DNA of 48,780 nt, taken from positions 107,169,754-107,218,533 of the forward strand of contig NC_068981.1 in NCBI RefSeq assembly GCF_001194135.2. Direction: 5' to 3'. The stretch comes from Octopus bimaculoides (Eukaryota). The notes under the pieces were generated by a model, which saw only the letters and a list, made by a program, of their open reading frames with translations, searched no databases and had not been told where the DNA came from. This document shows, piece by piece, positions 26,001-36,713 of the stretch (positions within the stretch are counted from its first letter, which is position 1; every line of letters starts with the position of its first letter). The translations under genes and the position numbers were made by a program.

Positions 26001-26911
26001 CTCCTCGTTTCTTTCTCACTCACACATCTATTGATATTTTTCAGTATTTTTTCCTCATAAACAAATGTTATGGAATGATGTCAAAGTAATACATAGTTCC
26101 AACCAAGTGAGACTGTGTTATGTGTGTAAGAAAAAAAGAACATCTGTAGTGTTCATATTAATCTATCAAATGTAATGCTTATTTGTTCACGTTATTTTGA
26201 ATTATTCAGGTTCAAGGGGGGTGTCCACAATATTTGCTTATAACTTTGCAAATTTTTTACATACAGATTTGAAATTTTGTCAGAGAGTGTTTTATATACC
26301 ACTGTTTTATAGTTATGTAATTTTAACTGATCTTGCTAGGTAAATCTAATTAACAGGTGTAAAAGCAATAACATTATGGATAAACACTAAAATTGAAATT
26401 CTTAATGCATGTTACCTTTTGATTTGTTACTAAAATTATCCCAGATGGCAACCAACAAAAATTTTGCCACTTTTCAAGATGAGTTACATTAATTTGAATT
26501 AATTAAAATACAGGTATAATTAGTATATTCTTTCAGTAAATATTTTGTACCTTGGTGTGGAATAATTTTTTTCCACAGTTTTTTCATGTGCATTCAACAT
26601 ATCTGACCTCCAAACCTGCTGCAAGCCACTTTTTTCTGAAAAAGAAAGGTGGGATGGGTGGTGAGGACCTCGAAGTTTCCCACCAAGAGAGTTTTGTTTT
26701 GCAGGTTTTTTTTCTTTTCTTTTCCAGGTTATTTTGTATGCTTTTAGTGATAATTAATGACAGAATGTTGAGGCAGCTTGGCAATATGTGTCTGTTCTTG
26801 CTACACCAGATGGCACACATTTTTACCAGCCAGATGACCCAGAAAGACAGATGGCACAAATAGATGACAGGAACCTCCATCATCACAAATATATCGTCAC
26901 ATGTTGCCATA

Positions 26912-27265
26912 CAGTTCTATATTTAAGAGATGAGGAATTATGTACATTATTTACATTTGACGGATATTTATCCTCATCTTTGTTGTTAACACGTTTCAGC
27001 TGATATACACTTCAGCCTTCATCAAGTGTTTTGGGGAAATTTCGAATCTGGGTTCTCATTCCTAAGGTATTTTTCGATGTTGTTATTATTATTATTATTA
27101 TTCAGGTTACTGCCTGGAATCGAACTCAGAATCTTGGGATTAGTAGCCCATGCTCTTAATCACTACACATAGGTTCGAAATTTCCCAAAGACACCTGATG
27201 AAGGATGGAGGGTATATCAACCGAAACATTGTGTTAACAACAAACAAGATGAGGATAAATATCCG
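26912..27265. mobile_element. Head-to-head inverted pair of the tRNA-headed, hammerhead-tailed SINE (locus 2)
   Basis: Near full-length minus copy 26912-27170 followed by an internally starting plus copy 27171-27265; flanked by a 26/28 direct repeat (26884-26911 and 27279-27306). Confidence 0.8.
27190..27235 (+). ncRNA. Minimal type I hammerhead ribozyme motif (Penelope type), partly degenerate
   Basis: GACAC-CTGATGA-A-GGATG-gagggtatat-CAACC-GAAA-CAT-T-GTGTT. Stem I GACAC/GTGTT and the core are intact; stem II has one mismatch; stem III is ACAT here versus palindromic ACGT in the 26988-27030 copy. Activity is not shown. Confidence 0.6.
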
Positions 27266-27952
27266 CCACATCAAATACCACAAATACATCATCACATGTT
27301 GCCATATCAACAGCTAACCAACAACTCCAAGCAGTATCTCTGTCCCACTATATAATTATTGCTGTTGTTATCTGTAAAAAAGCCAACACAGTGTCTTTAT
27401 GTGTGATAATTGGATCTGTGAAATGTTCACAAGTGTTATTCAGTTACTTCTATATGCAGCCGAAGACACATATTTTCATTCATCAACTCAACCAGTCACT
27501 ACCACAGACCAGACCACAACTTTCAGACCATGATAACACTAACAATTCTGTCTGCTGCCTAAAATATTATTTTGTAATGAAAACCATAATTTTATTACTT
27601 TTGCAAGTGATAAGAATCTACCTTTATAAAATCATTGTTTTGTACAAATGGGCAGCTTTAAACAATAATATAAGTGGAAAAAATTTCAAATTTCTTACAT
27701 CAAAGAATTTATCATCAATTAGAAATCAAAGCATTAAATAAATACTGAGTTGAATAATCAATCAAGTAAAGACAGATGTGATCAATGGTGTGCTGAAAGA
27801 GAGTTAAATTCTGACATATAAGATATCTGCCATTTTATAGAAATTAAAAATAAAAGATATATTGCATAGAAATCTGCTGATTTCAATTAACAATAAATAC
27901 AATCCCTTTGAAAAAACCATCTGTAAATAAAATAAAATTTTATATATATACA

Positions 27953-28823
27953 CAGGGTGTGATGGGTAAATTGTTGCCATTTTATATTTTTAATTTCACA
28001 CATGCACATTTTTTGTATTTGATTTTGTCGACTACACAGTATAGTAGGGTCGGTTGGGCACTGTCCATGAGAAAAACAGCACCATGCCGCAATTCACTGT
28101 GCCAGAAATTTCAAAACGACATGCTGTACTGCTTGGTTTTTGCACCAGAAGCTCGAGTATGAACATTTCAGAGTGTTTGGGTGTCAATCTGAGGACATGT
28201 ACCGAGAGGGATAAAAATCAAACATCCAGTCAGTATCAAGGTGTTTGGAGTGATCACTAATGATGGTGATGTTATGCCTCCATTCATCTTCCCACATGGC
28301 TTCAGACTGAACATGGAGGCCTACATCAAGTGCCTGGAGGAAGTAGTGCTGCCCTGGGTCAACAGAGTGGCTGCTGGAAGATCCTGTGTCTGGTAACAGG
28401 ACTCTGCACCATGCCACACAAGAAGGAGAACCCAGTCATGACTGTCAGACAATTTCTGTGACCACAATACCCCTAACATCTGGCCACCTAACTCCCTGGA
28501 CTGTAAACCCCTTGATTTATTATGTGTGGGGTGCAGTTGAGTGAGAGACCAACAAAACTCCTTGTAACACCAAAGATGAACTGAAGGCAAGGATTATGGC
28601 AGCATTCACTAACTTAACAAGGAGACCATCCAGAAGAGTTGCAAGAGACTCCAAAGTCATCTGAAGGCTATGGTTGAAGTCAATGGCAATTTTATTGAAT
28701 AAGTTTACTCTTTAGTATTTCAAGAGATTTTTATGTCATTTTGGGAAATATATCTGTTAAAATGAGATGTCTGTTATTTTCTTTTTTGAATAATTTAGAC
28801 GACAATATAGTCACTGCACTCTG
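27953..28823 (+). mobile_element. Tc1/mariner DD37D (maT-type) transposon, internally deleted
   Basis: Left end CAGGGTGTGATGGGTAAATTG and right end (reverse complement) CAGAGTGCAGTGACTATATTG followed by TA. Reads KHPVSIKVFGVITNDGDVMPPFIFP...W*QDSAPCHTRRRTQS*LSDNFCDHNTPNIWPPNSLDCKPLD, 37 residues between the catalytic Asp residues. Contains stops and a frameshift. Confidence 0.85.
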
Positions 28824-29017
28824 TATATAGTCAATTCAAATAAATAAATAATGAAATTAACAGACAACAAGAGGATGTGCACAAGAAATGTATTAGTTAG
28901 ACACTCAGTAAAAAAGAGAGAGTTCAATGTTTCGAGCGTAGCTCTTCATAGGAGAGGTGAAAGGAAAAGAAATTGCCAACAGTATGTGTGTAGTTACATT
29001 GCTGAAGTATATATATA

Positions 29018-29127
29018 TCATCATCATCATCATCATCGTTTAACGTCTGCTTTCCATGCTAGCATGGGTTGGCCAATTTGACTGAGGACTGGTGAACCAG
29101 ATAGCTACACCAGGCTCCAATCTGATC
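29018..29127 (-). mobile_element. RTE LINE extreme 3' end
   Basis: (CAT)n cgtttaacgtctgctttCCATGCTAGCATGGgttgg...accaggctccaatctgat is the reverse complement of the RTE tail. Confidence 0.85.
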
Positions 29128-29190
29128 ATATATATATATATATAAAGAGAATCCATCATATGTATGTATATATATAGATAGATAGATAAA

Positions 29191-29260
29191 TGTTTTCGAT
29201 CTAGTTTGGATTCTTTGCAATCAAATTTGACGGCAAAGAATCCAAACTAGATCGAAAACA
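29191..29260. repeat. Perfect 28-bp inverted repeat (tiny fold-back element) embedded in (TA)n
   Basis: tgttttcgatctagtttggattctttgc (29191-29218) / gcaaagaatccaaactagatcgaaaaca (29233-29260); the 14-nt loop contains the palindrome tcaaatttga. Confidence 0.92.
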
Positions 29261-29530
29261 TCTAATATATATATATATACTTATATATATAATGAAAAAC
29301 TAGAAAGAAAATGATAATATCTTAAAATTGGGTACATTTTGATTTTCCTTTACGTAAATACATCTACATGTTTTGGTTTTTGAACAACCTTATCAAAAAT
29401 ATGTACTAAAATGGAATAAGTGGAGAGAAAAGAGTTATTAAGAAAATTAAATTAAGATTAACATTCATAGTTTACTTTCCTTTTCCCTGCAAGAGCACTT
29501 GGTAATTTCCATTAGTTTTGGTAGCATGAT

Positions 29531-29648
29531 AAGTTGAACTGTCTGTGACTGCAACTTACTACTATCTGTGTTTGTAAATTAAATAGTCTGGTCAAGACTT
29601 GTTTTCTATAGGAGTGGCTGTAGCAGTCAAATAACTAGCAGCAGTAAT
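29531..29648 (+). repeat. ~117-bp direct repeat, second copy at 32574-32690 (5' part of the Penelope-like relic)
   Basis: aagttgaact.tctgtgac.gcaacttactactatctgtgtt.gtaaattaaatagt.tggtcaagacttgttttctata..agtggctgtagcagtc.aataactagcag occurs at both sites with a handful of mismatches. Confidence 0.85.
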
Positions 29649-29760
29649 GGTAATAGTTGTTGTGTTGAAGTTTTTCCACCTAAGAAATAAAGGCAAGGGG
29701 TTGAAGAGCTTGATTTCTATTAAAACCCCAGGGGGAACAACTTCAACATGACGGCTATTA

Positions 29761-31741
29761 TTACCCAATGACTGGTGTAGCAGCACCACAGTCAACTACT
29801 ACAAGGGTAAAGGTAACCCTTTAGATACAAATAATTACAGAGGTATCAAGTTGTTGGATCAGGTAATGAAGGTCACAGAGAGGGTCATAGCCCAACAAAT
29901 TAGGGAGAAAGTCAGTTTAGATGAGATGCAGTTTGGGTTCATACCAGGGAAAAGCACCACTAATGCTATATTTCTGGTAAGACAGCTGCAGGAGAAATAC
30001 CTAGCCAAAGATAAACCTCTATACTTGATTTTCGTTGATATGGAGAAAGCCTTTCACGGGGTCTCCCGATCCCTTATCTGATGGTCAATGAGGAAACTAG
30101 GCATAGATGAATGGTTAGTGAGAACTGTGCGAGCCATGTACTGGGACGCTGTCAGTAAGGTGAGGGTTGGCATCGAGTACAGTGAAGAATTCCGAGTAGA
30201 GGTAAGTAGGGGTCCGCCAAGGTTCTGTCCTCAGTTCCCTCCTGTTTATCATAGTCCCCCAGGCAATAACAGAGGAATTCAAGACAGGATGCCCCTGGGA
30301 GCTCCTCTATGCTGATGACCTTGCTCTAATTGCCGAGTCACTATCAGAACAAGAGAAGTTTCAGGTGAGGAAGGAAGGATTAGAATCGAAGGGCCTTAGA
30401 GTCAATCAGGCTAAAACCAAAGTCTTAAGTAGGATGGCAGACAAACCACAAATCCCTTCAAGTAGATGGCCTTGCTCGATCTGTAGAAAATGTGTAGCTA
30501 GAAACTCTAAAAAGATGTACTCAGTGTAAGCTATGGCCACATAAGAGGTGCAGCAATATCAAAGGATGGCTAACTGGGAAGATAGTTTTTGTATGTGGCA
30601 GATGTTCAGGAGCAATAAACACTGAAAATGTGCAGAGAACAACTTCTGCCACATTCCATGGAGAAAAACTAGACATAGTTGNNNNNNNNNNAATGTGCAG
30701 AGAACAACTTCTGCCACATTCCATGGAGAAAAACTAGACATAGTTGATAGCTTCTGTTATCTAGGTGACCAAGTTAGTAGTGGGGGAAGGTGCACTGAAA
30801 GTGTACCTGCTAGAATAAGAATAGCCTGGGCAAAGTCCAGAGAACTTAGCTCTGCTGGTGACAAAGGACCTCTCATTCAGAGTAAAAGGTAGACTGTCTG
30901 ATGCATGTCTACTAGCAGCTATGCTACATGGCAGGGAAACATGGGCCTTGACTGCTGAGGACATGCGTAAGCTCGCAAGGAATGAAGCCAGTATGCTCCG
31001 ATGGATGAGTAATGTCAGTGTGCATACCCGACAGAGTGTAAGTATCTTGAGAGAAAAGATGCACCCAAGAAGTATCAGTTGTGGTGTGCAAGAGAGACAA
31101 TTGCGCTGGTATGGACATGTGGCGAGAACGGATGAGGATAGCTGTGTGAAAAAGTGCCACACCCTAGCGGTTGAGGGAACCCGTGGAAGAGGCAGGCCCA
31201 GGAAGACCTGGGATGAGGTGGTGAAGCACGACCTCCGAACTTTAGGCCTCACCGAGGTAATGACTTCTGACCGAGACCTTTCGAAATATGCTGTGCATGA
31301 GAAGACCCGGCAAGCCAAGTGAGACCAAAATCCAAGGCTTCTGCCAGGGGTGTAACCAGCCCATTTATGCATACCTTTCCTTCACTGAACACTAAACTCC
31401 GCTTGCGAAGACCTGTTGAGACAAGTGAAATCGAAACCGAACTAAATTCGACGACTGGCACCCATGCTAACATCATCTCCTTCATTGGACACAAAACTTG
31501 GCCTGCGAAGACCTGTTGGGGCAAGCAAAAGTGAAATCGTGATGGCACCTGTGCCCAGCGTCACCTTTCTGGCACTTGTGCCCGTGGTATGTGTAAGGAC
31601 TTTCGAGCGAGATCGTTGCCAGTGCCCCTGGACTGGCTCTTGTGCGGGTGGCACGTAAAAGTACCCACTACACTCTCGGAGTGGTGGGCGTTAGAAACTC
31701 TGCTAAATCAGATTGGAGCCTGGTGTAGCCATCTGGTTTCA
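29761..31741 (+). mobile_element. RTE-clade LINE, 5'-truncated, RT to 3' UTR, frameshifted
   Basis: Reads PNDWCSS..KGKG..NNYRGIKLLDQVMKVTERV..QFGFIPGKSTTNAIFLVRQLQEKY..FVDMEKAF..LLYADDLAL, then a Cys/His finger and WYGHV..GRPRKTW. The 3' UTR has tandem repeats. Internal 10-N gap; truncated by the gap at 31742. Confidence 0.92.
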
Positions 31742-31751
31742 NNNNNNNNNN

Positions 31752-32575
31752 TGTGCATACTAGACAGAGTGTAAGTACCTTGAGAGAAAAGTTGAACCCA
31801 ACAAGCTTCAGACGTGGTGTGCAAGAGAGACAACTGTGCTGGTATGGTCATGTGTTGCGAATGGATGAGGATAGCTGTGTGAAAAAGTGCAACACTCTCG
31901 CGGTTGAAGGAACCTGTGGAAGAGGTAGACCCAGGAAGACCTGGGATGAGGTAGTGAAGCATGACCTTCGAACATTAGGCCCCACCGAGGCAATGACTAG
32001 TGACTGAGACCTTTGGAAATAAGCAGTGCATGAGAAGACCCGGCAAGACAAGTGAGACCATAACCTGTGGCCTATGCCATGGGTATAAACAGCCCACGTG
32101 TGCATACTTTTCCTTCATTGGACACTAAACTCTGCTTGTGAAGACCTGTTGAGACAAGCGAAATCAAATCAAATTCGCAAATTTGATGACTGGCACCTGT
32201 GCCAGTGGAGTGCTAAGAGCACCATCTGAGTGTGATCACTGCCAGAGCAGCTGACTGGCTTTCATGCCGGTGGCACGTAAAAATGAGGCAATGTTGATAA
32301 CGTTCAGCATTGCCTCATTGGCACTTGTACCAGTGGCACACGAAAAACCATTCGAGCGAGGTCGTTGCCAGTGCCGCTGGACTGGCTCCTGTGCAGGCGG
32401 CATGTAAAAAACACCACTTGAGCATGCCCGTTGCCAGTGCCGCCTGACTAGCACATAAAAACACCCGCTACACTCTTGGAGTGGTTGGCGTTAGGAAGGG
32501 CATCCAGCTGTAGAAACTCTGCCAGATCAGATTGGAGCCTGGTGCAGCCATCTGATTCACCAGTCCTCAGTCAAA
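31752..32575 (+). mobile_element. Second RTE LINE 3' fragment with a different 3' UTR variant; lacks the terminal palindrome and (GAT)n tail
   Basis: Reads MHTRQSVSTLREKL..WYGHVLRMDEDSCVKKC..GRPRKTWDEVVKHDLR; ends at ccagtcctcagtcaaa, directly joined to the Penelope-like sequence. Confidence 0.85.
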
Positions 32576-33461
32576 GTTGAACTATCTGTGACCGCAACTT
32601 ACTACTATCTGTGTTCGTAAATTAAATAGTGTGGTCAAGACTTGTTTTCTATAGCAGTGGCTGTAGCAGTCGAATAACTAGCAGTAGTAATAATAACAAC
32701 ACATATGGGATCAGATCTAGGAGGTATCCACCCAGGATCAAGGACCTTGAGGCCTTCGAGACTTTCAAGGCCTTTGAGGTACACCTGCTGGGCATCATTC
32801 CCAGGTTAAAGTTCCATAAGTCCTCTTGCTCCTTCCAACGTAAACATTGTACCAACATTAGACTACTTAAAAGTTTTGACAGGTCCCTAATCTTCTCAGG
32901 CAAAAACAAAAGAAAAATCTATATAAGATAGACACCGACACTTATTACAGACTATTAGACGACAACATTACACAAAACTATAAGTGTGCTTCCCCCAACA
33001 CAAACTACAACAACAACAGCAAAGCCAGTTAGTCAATAATATAGGTATGTCAGATAGGGTAGAAATTTAAACCAAAAAGAATGCCTTCATCACGATCAAG
33101 GACCATAAACCAAACTTTGCTGCTCACCTCAATTGCTGCTTGATCAACCGGGCTAAATCTGAGATTACTCTGGTGAGCAAACACATATTGGGGAACATCA
33201 ACAAATACGTAAGGAGGGCCACCTATGGCACAGCACCAAAGAGGTGATTACATGGTTTAATGCCTACAAGGGGAGGAACAGAGCAAGGTTCATCCAGTTC
33301 AACATAGTCAATTTTTATCTGTCTATATCAAAAAGGTTACTGGTGAAGACACTTTCCTTCACTAGAGACTTCACTGACCTGTCCTCTAGCCAATAAATTT
33401 TCAACACAACAGCCCCCTACTATAATGAGACCCTAGCTGCTAGCAGGTTTAAGGATGCATC
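32576..33461 (+). mobile_element. Penelope-like element relic (RT N-terminal and core); resumes at 39751 after the Gypsy insertion
   Basis: Fragments read TYGIRSRRYPPRIKDLEAFE, AFITIKDHKPNF..CCLINRAKSEI, KEVITWFN..RFIQFNIVNFYLSISKRLL and FNTTAPYYNETLAASRF. These resemble PLE (Naiad-like) RT motifs; multiple stops, frameshifts and a large deletion. Confidence 0.7.
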
Positions 33462-33852
33462 TATAAGAATTGGATGAGATATGACGACTCGGCCATCTCT
33501 CCCCAGTTCTTATATTAATCATTAAAATCCAGAAATACAACAACACGAGGGATAAAGGTAACAACAGACCAATAATTTATTCTAGGTTGGTGTAGAGCCG
33601 TTTCGTTCCTGGGTGAACAGGTATGCCGCTAGAATACCAAGGAAGCTTCGACTACAAGTCGGTATCGAGTTGAGAGAGTACTGGAAGATACGTGTTGTCA
33701 CGACTGCTGTTAGATAGAGAAGAGGACGAACGCTATTGCTCTCTCTCCACCTGTTGCATTGCGCATGCGTGCCCGGGTACTTCTGCTGACGGCAAGTCCC
33801 TTGCACATGCGCAATGACACATCCCAAGATGGCGGCCACACGCGCCACTACA
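33462..33852 (-). repeat. 3' LTR of the CsRn1-like element (391 bp)
   Basis: Matches 39351-39750 with ~15 substitutions and one 10-nt duplication (counted by eye). On the minus strand it begins TGTAGTGG, preceded by the PPT GGGTGGGTGGGGGCGGGGAG (33857-33876). Confidence 0.92.
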
Positions 33853-34555
33853 ATGTCTCCCCGCCCCCACCCACCCAAGTGCATAGCACGAAACAAGGAA
33901 AGATTGTAGAGGGTGCGGAAACAAGATGGCCGCCGAACCAAGAAAACACGGCTAAAATTATACAATGAAAAAACAAAAATTGTTTTGTTAAAACAAAGAA
34001 TNNNNNNNNNNAGGACGAACGCTATTGCTCTCTCTCCACCTGTTGCATTGCGCATGCGTGCCCGGGTACTTCTGCTGACGGCAAGTCCCTTGCACATGCG
34101 CAATGACACATCCCAAGATGGCGGCCACACGCGCCACTACAATGTCTCCCCGCCCCCACCCACCCAAGTGCATAGCACGAAACAAGGAAAGATTGTAGAG
34201 GGTGCGGAAACAAGATGGCCGCCGAACCAAGAAAACACGGCTAAAATTATACAATGAAAAAACAAAAATTGTTTTGTTAAAACAAAGAATGACAAGCTCA
34301 ATTAATTTGCAAAGAAATGCTGTGTCGGATGCAGTAACGGAAGCAAAACTTTGCATCCGACACGATGTGAGTAAGAAAAAAAAGTTCTGTTCAACGTGAA
34401 AAGTTCAGCCAGACCTAGAAATAAAGGGTTTATGCAAAGGTTGAAATAATATGCAATGTGTACATATTTTCTTTTAGCACGTGACTGTGCACAGAAATGG
34501 AAGAAAAACAATGTTTGTTTGTACAGAAAATGATATGCCGGCGGCACAAAAAATG

Positions 34556-35632
34556 TTAAATGTATATTGTTTTGGAAAGTTTCTTTGGCCAATGCACTGT
34601 CCGGCCAGACCTAGTGACATAAGGGTCACTTGAGTTTTGTCGCAACGACGAAGGTGGAGTGGTTTCTGGTGTGTGTGTTTGTGATGGTGTTGATGTTGGT
34701 GTATGCATTGGTAAAGATGTTGACAGTGGTGTGTGTGGTGGTAATGATGTTGACAATGGTGTGTGCGGTGTTTGAAAAGCGGGCACGTCGTCCACGGAAG
34801 TTGAGGGTTTGTCAAGGTACGCTTTTTTCAGACGGTCGACAGACACAATCTCTGTACGACCATTAACGTCGACCTTGAAGAACNNNNNNNNNNNNNNNNN
34901 NNNNNNNNNNNNNNNNNNNNNNNNNNNNNNNNNNNNNNNNNNNNNNNNNNNNNNNNNNNNNNNNNNNNNNNNNNNNNNNNNNNNNNNNNNNNNNNNNNNN
35001 NNNNNNNNNNNNNNNNNNNNNNNNNNNNNNNNNNNNNNNNNNNNNNNNNNNNNNNNNNNNNNNNNNNNNNNNNNNNNNNNNNNNNNNNNNNNNNNNNNNN
35101 NNNNNNNNNNNNNNNNNNNNNNNNNNNNNNNNNNNNNNNNNNNNNNNNNNNNNNNNNNNNNNNNNNNNNNNNNNNNNNNNNNNNNNNNNNNNNNNNNNNN
35201 NNNNNNNNNNNNNNNNNNNNNNNNNNNNNNNNNNNNNNNNNNNNNNNNNNNNNNNNNNNNNNNNNNNNNNNNNNNNNNNNNNNNNNNNNNNNNNNNNNNN
35301 NNNNNNNNNNNNNNNNNNNNNNNNNNNNNNNNNNNNNNNNNNNNNNNNNNNNNNNNNNNNNNNNNNNNNNNNNNNNNNNNNNNNNNNNNNNNNNNNNNNN
35401 NNNNNNNNNNNNNNNNNNNNNNNNNNNNNNNNNNNNGGTGCTCAGGCACTAAGGGCCTTGGAGAGCCGGTGGAAGTGTCACACAAAATAGAGCCTTCGGA
35501 GGAAGGGAGCGGAAGATAGGTAAACTTACAAGTATGGTACTTTGGTGAAGTTAAGTCTAAACTCGACAAAGGAGGTTGCTCCTGCGAAATTGCTAGCAAA
35601 TCAATTACCGCGGGAGTGGAAATAGAATGCAC
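34556..35632 (-). pseudogene. Integrase region of the CsRn1-like pol (core in the N gap)
   Basis: Zinc-binding linker ..CDTSTGSPRPLVPEH, gap, then FFKVDVNGRTEIVSVDRLKKAY, PHTPLSTSLP tandem repeats and YVTRSGRTVHWP; offset by a frameshift from RNase H. Confidence 0.8.
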
Positions 35633-35638
35633 AGGGAG

Positions 35639-36595
35639 TCACGAAAGAGCATCAGCTGGGATGTTCTCTTTCCCTGGCACATGACGAATGTCACCTGTAA
35701 ACTGTGAAATAAAATCCAGGTGACCAAAAGCACGAGGAGAGAGTTTGTCCGTTTTAGAGGACAGAGCAAAAGTGAGGGGCTTGTGATCAGTATAAATCAG
35801 AAACTCCCGTCCCTCGAGCTGATGTTGGAAATGCCGAATTGACAGATAGATCGCTAATAGCTCTCGATCAAAAGTGTTATATCTGCGCTCGGCAGGCTGT
35901 AGTTGGCAAGAAAGGAAAGCCAAAGGTTGTATGTTTCCATCTACGGTGTGGTGTAAGGCAGCACCAACCGCAGAATCTGATGCGTCCACAGATAATGAAA
36001 GGGAGGCATCAGGGGCCGGATGTGCAAGGACGGGAACGGAAGATAATTCCCGTTTGACGGACTCAAAAGCTGTCAACGCCTCAGCAGAAAGAGTGAGTCG
36101 AGCATCCTTCTTAGTATGGCCTTGCAGTAGCCTAGTTAATGGAAGAAGCTTATCAGCACATCGGTTTATAAATCTTCTGTAAAAATTGACAATCCCCAAC
36201 TGTTTTAAAGAAGTTGGAGGTGCGATGCATTGAATGGTATCGACATTTGAAGGAAGAGGTCTGATTCCACTGGAATCAATAAAATGTCCGAGAAACTCCA
36301 GAGAAGATTGCCCGAAAACACATTTATTCGGATTGACTTTCACGTTGTATGAACGGAGTCTCTGGAAAAGCAGTGATAAATGGTGGAGGTGATTCTCTTT
36401 TGTATCGCTAGCGATGAGTATGTCATCAACATAGGCGAATACAAAATCAAGTCCACGGACGACCTCATCTATGAACCTTTGAAAGGTGCTGGCAGCATTA
36501 CGCAGACCGAAACTCATGAACAGGAATTCAAAACAGCCGAAGGGAGTGGTGATGGCTGTCTTAGGAACGTCCTCCGGATTGACTGGTATCTGATG
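35639..36595 (-). pseudogene. RT-RNase H of the CsRn1-like pol
   Basis: HQIPV.PEDVPKTAITTPFG.FEF..MSFGLRNAASTFQR..AYVDDILIAS..LSVDASDSAVGA..DRELLAIY..TDHKPL..NIPADALS. Confidence 0.92.
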
Positions 36596-36713
36596 NNNNN
36601 NNNNNNNNNNNNNNNNNNNNNNNNNNNNNNNNNNNNNNNNNNNNNNNNNNNNNNNNNNNNNNNNNNNNNNNNNNNNNNNNNNNNNNNNNNNNNNNNCGTG
36701 CTCATTTTCCCCT

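Noticed and set aside
26552-27003. Short ORFs (e.g. SVLATPDGTHFYQPDDPERQ) suggesting a second host gene
   Set aside because: No recognisable domain, no chain of compatible exons, and the ORF runs into the SINE. It cannot be supported without RNA data.
31560-32470. CRISPR-like repeat-spacer array in the RTE 3' UTR repeats
   Set aside because: The context is a eukaryotic LINE UTR, the units are degenerate without unique spacers, and there are no cas genes.
32478-32525. RTE UTR core ggcgttaggaagggcatccagctgtagaaa possibly equal to a named conserved SINE domain
   Set aside because: The resemblance rests on uncertain recollection and I cannot verify the domain name without a database comparison, so it is left unnamed.
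33723-34290. Perfect 279-bp tandem duplication (33723-34001 = 34012-34290) giving an apparent extra LTR end and second PPT
   Set aside because: The copies are identical and separated by exactly 10 N, the signature of unmerged overlapping contig ends. It is an assembly artefact.
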